From: an uncultured Bacteroidaceae bacterium
GTDB lineage: Bacteria > Bacteroidota > Bacteroidia > Bacteroidales > GCA-2748055
DNA: 64,000 nt
Direction of reading: 5' to 3'
Assembly: GCA_964526475.1 (NCBI GenBank)
Contig: CAZGKF010000001.1
Coordinates: forward strand, 12,138 to 76,137
Shown: one piece after another, positions 37,001-44,068 of the stretch
Position numbering within the stretch: position 1 is the stretch's first letter
Layout: each line of letters opens with the position of its first letter
Program-made: the position numbers and the translations under genes
Notes under the pieces: model-generated
The model's input: the letters and a program-made list of their open reading frames with translations, nothing else
What the model was told of the DNA's origin: nothing
Database searches by the model: none

Positions 37001-39837
37001 CTTTATACAATATTGATCTGCACGAAGCTGGCATTGATCATGTTGCGGACTCTGAATACTGGACGTTACAGAGATCTTCCGGCACATCTGCAGTGGATGT
37101 AACTATTTCCTGGGATGGCAATGGTTGTTGTATTTCAGACCTGGCGACACTGAAAGTAGCCATATGGGATGGGGCAGAATGGAAGAACTATGGAAATGGA
37201 GGCACAAACGGCACATTAGGTTCCGGAGATATAACAACAGCTAATGTTGTAGATCTCAATTCCTGTGCAATAACTTTTGCAGACCACTTACCCATTGCTG
37301 ATTTTACTGACCCGGGCGGACCATATTGCGAATCTGCAGCTCCGTTTATTTTAACTGGAAATCCTGCAGATGCAAATGGAGTGTTTACCGGAAACGGAAT
37401 AACAGATAATGGTGATGGTACCGCACAATTTAATCCCGGTACAGCCGGAAACGGCAGCCATCAAATTACCTACAGTTACACATCAGTATCCGGTTGCAGT
37501 AATTCTGTCAGCAAATATGTAACCGTAAATCCAGGTCCCACCGCAACTATCATCGGAACAGATACCGTTTGTATAGGAACTTCCAATGAATTTTCCATCT
37601 TTTTCACCGGAACTCCACCCTGGGATGTGACTTATACTGACGGGACAAATTCATTTAATGTGGTAACAACTGCAAATCCGTATAAATTTATCACGAATGT
37701 AGCGGCAACATATTCCGTAACGGCTTTAAGTGATGCCAATGGATGTATTGGAACTGTTTTTGGGAGTTCTGCTGAACTGGTAAACTGGCCTGAACCTGCA
37801 AGACCACTCGTCAGCATTGTTTCAGGATCAACTACATTCTGCGAAGGAAACAGCCTGGTATTGGAGACACCTCCGGCATCAATATATTACTGGAATAATG
37901 GAATATCCACACAACAGAACACCATTACTGATCCCGGGAATTATTGGGTAAGTATTGTGAATGAGCATGGTTGTTTTAGCGATAATTCAGATACTACAAC
38001 AGTCATTGTACATAAAACAGCACGCAAACCATCGGCCATTTCAGGGAATGTTGCGTTATGCCAGAACAATGCAAATACAACATATATTACCAGTGCCTGG
38101 TATGCCGATGCGTATATCTGGGACATTCAGCCAACGGTTGCCGGAAACATTATTGGAACAGGTTCGAATATTCAAATTGACTGGGAGGAAACTTTTGCCG
38201 GTGTGGCTAAATTAAGTGTTAAGGGTTCAAACATCAATTGCGGGGAAGGCCCTGTGTCTGACACATTATATATTTCATTAGGTGCTCTGCCTGATAATCC
38301 GGGCCCCATAAGCGGGGATCAGATTGTATGTCAGGGTCAGTCAGCTGTGGGATATAGCATCGACGCGGTTACAAATGCAAGCAGTTATAGCTGGACATTA
38401 CCGGCAAATGCTGTTTTCTCCGGTGCATCAAATAGCAATTCAATTACTGTTGACTACCTTGATGATGCCGTTTCAGGCGACATTACTGTTCAGCCATTAA
38501 ATGCCTGCGGATCCGGTTTAACCACATCATCCCTTGCTATTGATATTCAGTTGATCTCCCTGACTCCCACCGGAATAAGTAAAAGCAATGACAATATATG
38601 CCCCGGTGATCCGGTAACTCTGACTGTTCAGGGCGGAAGCCTGGGTGAAGGAGCTGACTGGAAATGGTATCTTGATGATGCGTTCACTCTGCCTGCAGGC
38701 ACCGACGGCTCACCCATAATTGTTAATCCTCTTGCAAGTACAACTTATTGGGTAAGGGCTGAAGGTGACTGTAACAACACATCTGCGGTCAATACAACAA
38801 TTACTATTAAGGAGCTTCCTGCAGAACCTGACACTGCCACTGTTGACAGGCCTTCTGTCTGTCCTTCCGATGGAAACATTGTACTCTCCTATTCAGGTGG
38901 TTCTGCAGGCACAGGGGGTGCAGCAAAATGGTATTCCGATGCAGGATTTACCAATCTTGTAGGAACCGGGAATGATATTAACCTTCCAGCCCCTGCAACA
39001 AACCAAACCTATTATATAAGATTTGAAGCAGATTGCGGCAATTCGCCGGAAAAATCCGTAACTGTAACAGTCAACCCCTTGCCGGTTGTAACATTCGCTG
39101 CCGTTGATCCTGTCTATGTTGATGATCCCGACTTTACACTGGACAAGGGAAGTCCCACTGGTGGAACTTATTCGGGAACAGGTATAAGCGGCGATATCTT
39201 CAGTCCCTCAACTGCTGGTGTAGGAGTACACACTATTAGCTATACCTATTCCGATGCTAATGGATGTACTGACTCAGCTAACACAGATATTACAGTGAAT
39301 ATAAATATTGTAGTTAGTTTCGATACTGTGGTTCCGGTTTGTATAAACTCTCCCGCTTTTGACCTTACGCAGGGTTCCCCTGCCGGAGGCACATACAGCG
39401 GAACAGGGATCACGACAAGCCCGCAGTTTGACCCTGCCATCGCAGGTGCAGGAACACATACTATAACCTATACCTATACAGACATTTACGGAAATCCACA
39501 TACAGCCGCAAGAGATATTACCGTAAATGCAGTTCCTGTTCCATCCATAAATGGTCCGGCAGAAGTTTGCCAACCCGGAACAGCTGTTTTCTTTACAACT
39601 CTTAACGCAGACCATAGTTATACCTGGACAGTTACCGGAGGAACTATTATTGCCGGTGACGGGACAAACCAGATAAGCGTAGATTTTACCACATCAGGAA
39701 CTGCTGAAATTCAGGTTACCGAAACCAATAATAACACAGGGTGCTCAGGTATATCAGCAACATATGATGTGAATGTGCTTGAAACACCGGTAATTAATGA
39801 AATTGATTCCAATAATAAATTAACATTACGAAATTAA
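28084..39837 (+). CDS. Giant (3,917 aa) multi-domain secreted surface protein/adhesin with no recognisable T9SS C-terminal domain
   Basis: N-terminal signal/anchor (LIALTCVFFLFSQNTLNAQ). It contains many Ig-like CHU_C-associated-type domains (C.GD....L.Y.GG..G....W), HYR-like domains (GG.YSGTG....F.P..AG.G.H.ITYTYTD.NGC), two lectin-like modules, eight 135-aa repeats, a beta-helix-like region and PKD-like domains. It ends ...ETPVINEIDSNNKLTLRN. Confidence 0.9.
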   Translation: MLGKKHISSTKYSFLSECPSFFTHLIALTCVFFLFSQNTLNAQKITKDNYSGYFTDNNSWQNPPAPNLAIHEVVIYGNIQHIGDISFQRNLTIHDTLRIFGNVELGNNCDLTVSPGGIFIVYGNYLSKNMVDVLAEGYLIVTGTFKQEGADGFGSFDINGGNVFIFDPNPDVKEGLNYEDLQCNPDCLYGNEEDLQNDPIWQFFESGSYSISASGPTEFCDGDSVTLSVTDDGSWYQWYRDDTEIPGADSFSYVAYESGAYHIRMLVGSDTLSLTPVTVNVKTNSISPVSASVDRDNVCPGDGNIVLSYTGGSLGTGAIAQWYSDAGFSINVGSGNDLVLATPLTTTTYYVRFEGDCDTTTTASVILTVLPASPVPTISLNPISPIPASANSTNLGYSAVTGSPSLYSITWSGAAITAGFINVTDAAFPASPILINIPPGIEAGQTYTGNLIVMNDCNTSVEYPFNISVLNKILGIDPHATAAYSLRKLSSTYSGPAVRVRRSSDNATQDIGFNAEGNLDEVALLAFTGAVNAYITIWYDQSGNSQNALQGNTNYQPLLVENGIVLKINGRAMLRFDGSNDLLNYSNPPANNFSIFTLARTSLTHQIDPESNSGTEGTAGQLYLLGAPHGGTNAGQGISFGTNGISNYEHGAGYMPATAVYSGNVTGLSQINVLYTNRRARIYLDGLLVRTGVLSGRPAVTASTQIGSGSYGAFNGEIPELIIFPSSLSDSDRQTIEFDQGCHYLIAGLTPGVIPGIADDATTASLPYTEGTNQIWTYSITWDANAIAAGFNNIANETLPVSPVTITVPSGLSESDVFSGTFSAINACGSSIPDHPITIRVLNRILGNDIYATTAFSVRRIAPAYSGPAMRLTRTSDGEFRDVYFDSGETVSLNSPVSVAGGGTSTALTLSGWIGGSSATVRIWYDQSGNAKHANQSNIAAQPLIANNGELVLINTRPMIQFDGVNDIVSYSNPPENNFSLFTIARTTNTHEIDPQSSSGTGGTNNQRYLMGAANRGDNAGQGISLGTNGISNYEHGNSYMPATAVYTGSVTGLNLVDILYNSRRPYIYLNGNLVRTGIVSPKATVYASYQIGGMNYGYFNGSIPEIIVFPYAVSSTERQQIECNQIEYYSILGPSTASIDTNNICPGDGNITLSYSGGNLRAGATAEWYSDSALTVNVGSGNNLTIPAPINNSEYFVRFEGICNTSLPVSTNITVKELPVEPDTAIVDRSSICPSDGNILLSFSGGSSGTGGIAKWYTDAAFTNLVGTDNDISLPAPAATQTYYIRYEADCGNSPSDSVTVIVNPLPVVTLDSLSPVCLNTASFALNGGNPIGGNYSGTGVSGGNFVPATAGAGTHSITYTYTDANGCTNSATRDIMVNTVPTVTFDAVSPVCVDAPAFDLAQGAPAGGTYSGTGITASPQFDPATAGAGTHTITYTYTDANGCDNSADRDITVHSLPVVSFSGLDPFFPITDPSTTLSGDPAGGTFSGPGISGDTFDPSLAGLGIHEIVYEYTDGNGCTNSDTLYTEVLDYDFMLGAITLTDLNNWYSGDAVYTTTGATADGQVGSCWNYGNDHTRWFKFQATTNQIAATFLTGSSFGTVRRINAAIWESDGTTQVNCNRYISDYDSVVVESPDLVPGNWYYISVTSGTGGYRGTFSLRVNDQVDYDYYEGAIELTDITNWESPDAVYTTRGATADKNAAPCWNTSPNYNRWFKFQATTNTISILVRRGGAYGTIRRINAAIWEADGTSMVSCNRYIGNNDSVYVESVNLTPGNWYYISVDNNYSGYRGTFSLRVDTRVTYDYIEGAYELQDLNNWCSTDAIFSTYGATPDLNPGSCWNTSPNYNRWFKFVATTHRVNVDIKRGGTLGTIRRINVVIWESDGTTQISCNRYVSDNDNVSVGTDQLIPGNTYYISVDNNYSGYRGSFTLCIDNQMDYDYLEGAKDITTLINSCSNNAEYTTIGATPDRTAPPCWNTSPNYNRWFKFMATTQSINVQLKRGGVFGTLRRAQIALYDKDTTTVLDCNRYVNDNDDIEVAYEGLTPGEWYFISVDNNYSGYRGTFTLCLDDKPSYDFYEGAIELGIIHDWSSDNEAYTTIGATPDKNTASCWNTGPNYNRWFKFTATTSQIHIKIRRGGVYGTIRRVNAAIWEADGETEVNCKRYVNDNDIIEVESINLIPGNTYYLSVDNNYSGYRGTFSLYINDVVDYDFYEGARDVSHLINSQSSDQEYTTIGATSDKNPGSCWNTSPNYNRWFKFQATTPGINIIVLRGGSYGTIRRVNVALFDADGTTELSCNRYVNDNDIVELDFEGLVPGNWYYFSVDNNYSGYRGTFTLALNDAVSYDYYEGAIELTDIHNWSSPDAAYSTLGATPDKNAASCWNTGPNYNRWFKFTATTPVINVEVRRGGSYGTIRRINAAIWEADGITEVACNRYVNDNDNISVGANILIPGNTYYISVDNNYSGYRGTFSLYIDDAMDYDFYEGAHEITDLNNWESGLAEFTTLGATADKNAASCWNTSPNYNRWFKFQAIYTDVSIQVLRGGAYGSIRRINLALWESNGTTELACNRYASNDDNVSVTFSGLIPGNWYYISVDNNYSGYRGTFTLQVSNVSGNVYYAIADGNWNTAATWSLSEGGPPAVSSPANGDVVYIKGFDVTVSGTETCAELNIETENDQTSLTIDAGTLTVNGELSFVNNGYNVDGFMSILNSGNLSVIDDLVKDRSGGSNTFQLLVQDNSTLFVGNDMNIFSSAGSTINNEFTVSGTATVQIDQDLILQNTGGIKSIITLNNSAELKVKRDIRLTSSAQDKMEIELNNDSRLYPGRTIQRDATPYGILDCNDNSTLVFNSSDYLQIIPENAGAGSDNFSYQNIEVNNTRVSVPQLSLEGPVSVPGTLTLTNGVILTSSENLLTIENTGSISGGSVNSYIQGPIEITGNTAVTFPVGRNGRYQPITVSAPSLISDAFIAEYFDANPNPLYNIDLHEAGIDHVADSEYWTLQRSSGTSAVDVTISWDGNGCCISDLATLKVAIWDGAEWKNYGNGGTNGTLGSGDITTANVVDLNSCAITFADHLPIADFTDPGGPYCESAAPFILTGNPADANGVFTGNGITDNGDGTAQFNPGTAGNGSHQITYSYTSVSGCSNSVSKYVTVNPGPTATIIGTDTVCIGTSNEFSIFFTGTPPWDVTYTDGTNSFNVVTTANPYKFITNVAATYSVTALSDANGCIGTVFGSSAELVNWPEPARPLVSIVSGSTTFCEGNSLVLETPPASIYYWNNGISTQQNTITDPGNYWVSIVNEHGCFSDNSDTTTVIVHKTARKPSAISGNVALCQNNANTTYITSAWYADAYIWDIQPTVAGNIIGTGSNIQIDWEETFAGVAKLSVKGSNINCGEGPVSDTLYISLGALPDNPGPISGDQIVCQGQSAVGYSIDAVTNASSYSWTLPANAVFSGASNSNSITVDYLDDAVSGDITVQPLNACGSGLTTSSLAIDIQLISLTPTGISKSNDNICPGDPVTLTVQGGSLGEGADWKWYLDDAFTLPAGTDGSPIIVNPLASTTYWVRAEGDCNNTSAVNTTITIKELPAEPDTATVDRPSVCPSDGNIVLSYSGGSAGTGGAAKWYSDAGFTNLVGTGNDINLPAPATNQTYYIRFEADCGNSPEKSVTVTVNPLPVVTFAAVDPVYVDDPDFTLDKGSPTGGTYSGTGISGDIFSPSTAGVGVHTISYTYSDANGCTDSANTDITVNINIVVSFDTVVPVCINSPAFDLTQGSPAGGTYSGTGITTSPQFDPAIAGAGTHTITYTYTDIYGNPHTAARDITVNAVPVPSINGPAEVCQPGTAVFFTTLNADHSYTWTVTGGTIIAGDGTNQISVDFTTSGTAEIQVTETNNNTGCSGISATYDVNVLETPVINEIDSNNKLTLRN
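29194..31480 (+). repeat. Two tandem modules of about 370-385 aa inside the giant gene (about 100-aa YSITW domain plus a concanavalin/LamG-like module)
   Basis: Module 1: ...SLYSITWSGAAITAGF...ILGIDPHATAAYSLRKLSSTYSGPAVRVRRSSDNATQDIGF...IWYDQSGN...FDGSNDLL.YSNPP.NNFS. Module 2: ...TYSITWDANAIAAGF...ILGNDIYATTAFSVRRIAPAYSGPAMRLTRTSDGEFRDVYF...IWYDQSGN...FDGVNDIVSYSNPPENNFS. Boundaries are approximate. Confidence 0.7.
31485..32460 (+). repeat. Intragenic duplicated block A (2 Ig-like plus 2 HYR-like domains)
   Basis: Collinear with 38555-39540 at both protein and DNA level. Example: PVEPDTAIVDRSSICPSDGNILLSFSGGSSGTGGIAKWYTDAAFTNLVGT versus PAEPDTATVDRPSVCPSDGNIVLSYSGGSAGTGGAAKWYSDAGFTNLVGT. 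Confidence 0.65.
32677..35916 (+). repeat. Eight tandem repeats of exactly 405 nt (135 aa) encoding an uncharacterised two-Cys domain (PPC/pre-peptidase-C-terminal-like by motif order)
   Basis: Units start at 32677, 33082, 33487, 33892, 34297, 34702, 35107 and 35512. Consensus: DYDFYEGAIELTD...YTT.GAT.DKN..SCWNTSPNYNRWFKF.ATT..I.I...RGG.YGTIRR.N.AIWE.DGT.E..CNRYV.DND...V....L.PGN.YYISVDNNYSGYRGTF.L. Confidence 0.95.
38555..39540 (+). repeat. Intragenic duplicated block B (paralogous to 31485-32460)
   Basis: See block A. Example: ITTSPQFDPAIAGAGTHTITYTYTD versus ITASPQFDPATAGAGTHTITYTYTD. Confidence 0.65.
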
Positions 39838-39899
39838 CAGGCTAATAAATAATAAATGAACCTTAATAATAATAATTAAACATTAATAATAATCACTAA

Positions 39900-40703
39900 A
39901 TGTTAAACACGATGAAAACAAATTCAGTACTCAGAACTCTTGCGATCGCAGTATTCGCAGTAATCTTCTCAAACTCTCTCGTTGCCCAGTTTGTAGGCAG
40001 CACTACTAATGATCAGCTTCCTATCGTTGAAGAACGAAAAGGAGGTACCACAACCTACTCAGTACCCGGCCCCGCTGGTGACGAATATACATGGGCCGTT
40101 ACAGGTAATGTTGTAAGTATTACTCCTGCTCCTGCTGCGGGTGGTGATGGATCTGCAGGAAATCCTTATATAATTGAATGGGGAGTTGGAATAACATCAA
40201 TAGATGTGGAATGGGCAGCTGATGATAATACTATCACCTCAGTAGCCGGAAATGTGTCGGTTCAGCAAAGACTTACCAGTGGCACAATTACTTGCCCCAG
40301 TGCCATTCAATCCTGGGACATAAGTCTGTGGAGTGAAGCTAACGCTGTCATTGAGGATGCTGATTATGAAATTTGCTCCGGCGATGCCACATCAGGAGAT
40401 ATAACCGTAAGGTTTACCGGTGCACCAAACTTCGATTTCACCTATACGGTTACAGGTCTTGACGGAATAACCGGTGCTCCACAGGTTGTGACGGGTATTA
40501 CAGGGGCAACAACCACTATTCCTGTCCCTGCAAACCTCGTGAATACAAGTTCAACAGTGGATCAGACTTATGTGGTTACCCTCACACAAATGAATGATGG
40601 ATTTACAGGGAACGGAACAGCAAGTTCTGTATTTACAATTACTGTACATCCAACTGTAGTAACCGGACCAATCTCCAGCGACAGGTCACTGACCAGAAGA
40701 TAG
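39900..40703 (+). CDS. Secreted 267-aa protein built from two domain types also present in the giant protein, with a similar C-terminal tail
   Basis: Signal peptide (LRTLAIAVFAVIFSNSLVAQ), a PKD-like YTWAVTGN... domain, and an ICSGD..ITVRFTGAPNFDFTYTV domain. It ends ...PTVVTGPISSDRSLTRR. Confidence 0.75.
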   Translation: MLNTMKTNSVLRTLAIAVFAVIFSNSLVAQFVGSTTNDQLPIVEERKGGTTTYSVPGPAGDEYTWAVTGNVVSITPAPAAGGDGSAGNPYIIEWGVGITSIDVEWAADDNTITSVAGNVSVQQRLTSGTITCPSAIQSWDISLWSEANAVIEDADYEICSGDATSGDITVRFTGAPNFDFTYTVTGLDGITGAPQVVTGITGATTTIPVPANLVNTSSTVDQTYVVTLTQMNDGFTGNGTASSVFTITVHPTVVTGPISSDRSLTRR

Positions 40704-40908
40704 AACTACATTTATCTGATCATAAGATGAATGAATAAATTATAGTTGAATTACTTGAGATATTAGTAGTTATGACTTAGAGTACTGAAATATATGAATG
40801 CTTTTTTATCCCGAAAAAGACGTGATCCTGCTTGCGGGCAGGATTACAGTCAGGGATGGAAAAATGAAAGAATCTTTTATTAAAGGATTGGAAACTTATG
40901 AGTATGTA

Positions 40909-41910
40909 ATGAAATATTACAAATATATATGGCTCATAGTGATCATGACCGGAATGTCGGTTAATTCCGGGGCACAATATTTAAATATTGTCTGCCCCGG
41001 TGATACCGGACATATTTACAGGGTCAGTGGTTCTGAAGGATCATCGTTCGTATGGACGGTGAACGGTGGAACTATTGTCCAAAATTATAACGATTCCGTC
41101 AAAGTTAACTGGGGTAATACCGCCGGGGAATTCGAAGTTCGTGTTCAGGAATTTTCAAAATTCGGATGCCCATCGCTCCCTGTTTCAGGCATGGTACTGG
41201 TATCGGCTCCGTCCCTTGACCTGGGTGATGATATTGAATTATGCCAGGGAGAAACTTCTGTGATTGTTCCTACTGGAAATTATGTATCTTACCTCTGGCA
41301 TGACGGGAGCACAGCCCCAACATATCTTGCAAGTAATCAAGGTCTTATCTCCCTTGAAGTTTCTGATGAATACGGATGCAAACGATCTGACGACCTTTTT
41401 GTAACTGTTCATCCCTTACCCAGGGTTAACCTTGGCCGGGATACCACTTTATGTGGTATAGAATCACTTATTCTTGACGGAGGAAGCGACGGAGCTTCCT
41501 TCAACTGGTCGACAGGTGATGTAACAAGGGAGATTACGGTTTTCAGCGGACAGCAAACAATTTGGCTCAGGATCAAAGATGTATTCAATTGTGAAAATGC
41601 AGATACTATTATAATCCGGGCTTGTTCAAGTACCGATTATTTTAAGGATATCCCGACTGCATTTACGCCTAACGCTGATGGCCGAAATGATGAATGGAGA
41701 ATCCCTCAGCTTGAAGCTTTCCCTTACGCTGTTATGGAAATATTTGATCGCTGGGGTAATCTTGTATTCCGCTCGGATCCGGGATATTCATCACCCTGGG
41801 ATGGAACATCAAAAGGAAGAGAAATGCCAATGGATTCTTACTATTTCGTTATTAAACTGAATTCAGGGGATATGGAGCCCGTTGTAGGCACGGTAACAAT
41901 TATCAGATAG
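40909..41910 (+). CDS. T9SS type-B C-terminal-domain (gliding-motility-associated CTD / CHU_C) protein
   Basis: Signal peptide from ATG 40909 (MKYYKYIWLIVIMTGMSVNSGAQ), then Ig-like and PKD-like domains. The C-terminus reads IPTAFTPNADGRNDEWRIP...MEIFDRWGNLVF...WDGTSKGREMPMDSYYFVIK...GTVTIIR. Confidence 0.9.
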   Translation: MKYYKYIWLIVIMTGMSVNSGAQYLNIVCPGDTGHIYRVSGSEGSSFVWTVNGGTIVQNYNDSVKVNWGNTAGEFEVRVQEFSKFGCPSLPVSGMVLVSAPSLDLGDDIELCQGETSVIVPTGNYVSYLWHDGSTAPTYLASNQGLISLEVSDEYGCKRSDDLFVTVHPLPRVNLGRDTTLCGIESLILDGGSDGASFNWSTGDVTREITVFSGQQTIWLRIKDVFNCENADTIIIRACSSTDYFKDIPTAFTPNADGRNDEWRIPQLEAFPYAVMEIFDRWGNLVFRSDPGYSSPWDGTSKGREMPMDSYYFVIKLNSGDMEPVVGTVTIIR

Positions 41911-42050
41911 GCAGGTCTTTGGATTGATTTGTCAGCAACTTTTTCCAACTGTATTTATATCTGTATTATCTTTCGGATGAAAAAAAGATTAAAGTATTTA
42001 TTTAAATTTGTATTTTTTATTAAATTCTAACAACGGGTAGGTTTTTCCAG

Positions 42051-43016
42051 ATGCGGTTATTATTGTGTATAATACTATTAAGTCCCATTCTCTGCATTAA
42101 GGCACAACAAGTTCCCCTTTACAGTCAGTATATGATGAATGGTTTCCTCCTGAATCCGGCAGTTGCAGGGAGTGAAGGTTATACGGCCATTAACATTACA
42201 GCCAGGGAACAATGGCTGGGACTTAAAAATGCTCCGAAAACACATGCTATCAGCGGGCAAACCAGAATTCTTAAAAACTCTTATATTTCAAAATCCTCAT
42301 CAGTAAGAAGAAGACAAAAGTTAAGTTCCAGAAGTGGAAAAGTAGGTCTTGGTGGCTATATTTTTAATGACAAAAATGGCCCAATAAACAGAACCGGACT
42401 TCAACTATCATATGCATACCATATAAGGATGCAGCAAAGTCAACTTTCATTCGGAATATCAGGCTTGTTTTACCAGTTCTCTGTCGACCAGTCAAAAATT
42501 CGTTTTGAAGAACAGGATGACTTTTATGAGTTTGCAAATAAGACTATTATGATCCCTGACGCTAATGCAGGGGTGTATTATTCCGACCCTAAACTTTTCA
42601 TTGGGTTTTCAGCCTCACAACTATTTCAGTCAGCTCTCCGGCTCGGGGAAAAAGGTTATGCAGAATATAAGATGAAAAGATATTACTACCTCACAGGAGG
42701 TTACGATATTGAAATAAATCCGACACTTACCATAGAACCTTCCTTCCTGCTAAAGAGCAATGAAAATATGGTGTGGCAGCTTGATTTTAACACTAAATTC
42801 ATTTTCAACGAAGAGTACTGGGGAGGATTATCTTATCGCACCGGAGGTGCACTGATCTTTATGGGTGGAGTTCAGGTTGATAAATTTTTATTTGGTTATG
42901 CTTTCGATTACACTTTCAGCAGTATTATGAAACACAGTTACGGATCTCATGAGTTTATGATTGCAATAAGGTTTGGTGATAACGCCAGAAGGTACAGATG
43001 GCTTAACAGATATTAA
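42051..43016 (+). CDS. PorP/SprF-family type IX secretion system outer-membrane protein
   Basis: Signal peptide, then QQVPLYSQYMMNGFLLNPAVAGSEGY...REQWLG. The remainder is beta-barrel-like and ends RWLNRY. A candidate TAAATTTG box lies at 42003-42010. Confidence 0.9.
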   Translation: MRLLLCIILLSPILCIKAQQVPLYSQYMMNGFLLNPAVAGSEGYTAINITAREQWLGLKNAPKTHAISGQTRILKNSYISKSSSVRRRQKLSSRSGKVGLGGYIFNDKNGPINRTGLQLSYAYHIRMQQSQLSFGISGLFYQFSVDQSKIRFEEQDDFYEFANKTIMIPDANAGVYYSDPKLFIGFSASQLFQSALRLGEKGYAEYKMKRYYYLTGGYDIEINPTLTIEPSFLLKSNENMVWQLDFNTKFIFNEEYWGGLSYRTGGALIFMGGVQVDKFLFGYAFDYTFSSIMKHSYGSHEFMIAIRFGDNARRYRWLNRY

Positions 43017-43091
43017 ATAAATAAAGGGGAACCCGATTATCTTATGAGGATTTATTTGTTTTATAAGAACCCCTGCAAAAAGTATTAAATA

Positions 43092-44051
43092 CTATATTTT
43101 CACTATTCTGTAATTTTTAAATTCCCCGAGACGCCTATTAAAAAGCAGATTCTTTTCCAGCCAGGAAATCATCCTGTATTTTAACTTCTCATGTTTATTC
43201 CTCAGAAGATTAAAACTTCTGGCAGGACCTGAATACCTGAGATGTTCTTTCCAGTCGAACTGTTCAATCCAGTTTTTCATTACTGCAGGATGTGTTTCTT
43301 TAAATACTGGAAGCCTCGATAAATTGGCATAATCGAATTTTATATTATAGAATTGTAATTTCTCCAACCTTGCTACATTTTCTTTACCCCTGTGATTAAT
43401 GCTGAATGTTTTTATCTTTTTTTGCATCAAATCAGGTGGTCTTACCCAACCGTAATGATAAATATAAGCATCAACAGTTGCCACATTAAGCTTATAGGTA
43501 TTTTCCTGCTGCCGGTAATTAATTCCGTCAAAATCCGGTATTCTCCTGAAAGATTGCGCCGATTCCCATGAGTGGATATCAGGATCGTTCCTGATAATCC
43601 TGATCTCTCTTTCATACCAGCAATGATTATCCTGATAATGATCATAATCTCCCCAGAAATGTCTGTAATTGAAAAGCAGTCCATCCACATTACGATAATT
43701 CAATAATTCCTCGCATCTTTTTTTTATCACCGTAAGATATTTCTCATGCACCACCTCATCTGATTGCAGGTAAAAAAGCCAGTCACCTTCACAGTGGCTT
43801 TTTGCTATATCAGTCTGATGTGCATGTTCCATTCCTCTTGGATATTTCTCTATATCCCAAACTGTGTCAATGATGCGTATTTTATCGGAACCTATAGTCA
43901 ATATTTCATCCCTGGTTCTATCATCTTCGTCACTATCTCCCAGGACTACTATAAATTCGTTAACGATGGGAAGTATAGACATGACAGATTGCTTCATGGG
44001 ATAGTATAGTTTCATAGCATTCTTTCCCATAGTGAACCCGCTTATCTTCAT
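43092..44051 (-). CDS. Putative glycosyltransferase (GT2-like)
   Basis: The N-terminal region (IVVLGDSDEDDRTRDEIL...WLFYLQSDEVVHE) resembles a GT-A fold with an acidic DxD-like motif. This is a weak, motif-level call only. Confidence 0.45.
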   Translation of the reverse strand: MKISGFTMGKNAMKLYYPMKQSVMSILPIVNEFIVVLGDSDEDDRTRDEILTIGSDKIRIIDTVWDIEKYPRGMEHAHQTDIAKSHCEGDWLFYLQSDEVVHEKYLTVIKKRCEELLNYRNVDGLLFNYRHFWGDYDHYQDNHCWYEREIRIIRNDPDIHSWESAQSFRRIPDFDGINYRQQENTYKLNVATVDAYIYHYGWVRPPDLMQKKIKTFSINHRGKENVARLEKLQFYNIKFDYANLSRLPVFKETHPAVMKNWIEQFDWKEHLRYSGPARSFNLLRNKHEKLKYRMISWLEKNLLFNRRLGEFKNYRIVKI

Positions 44052-44068
44052 AAAAACTGTTTATTAGA

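Noticed and set aside
28165-39615. About 30 antisense or alternative-frame ORFs of 60-116 aa inside the giant gene.
   Set aside because: All are nested within a long ORF of well-conserved domains. None has recognisable motifs. They are expected by chance in the relatively GC-richer repeat-coding DNA.
39838-40908. The idea that the giant gene and the two downstream ORFs are one gene broken by frameshifts or stop codons.
   Set aside because: The ORFs are in different frames, are separated by AT-rich spacers of 62 and about 205 nt, and each begins with its own good signal peptide.
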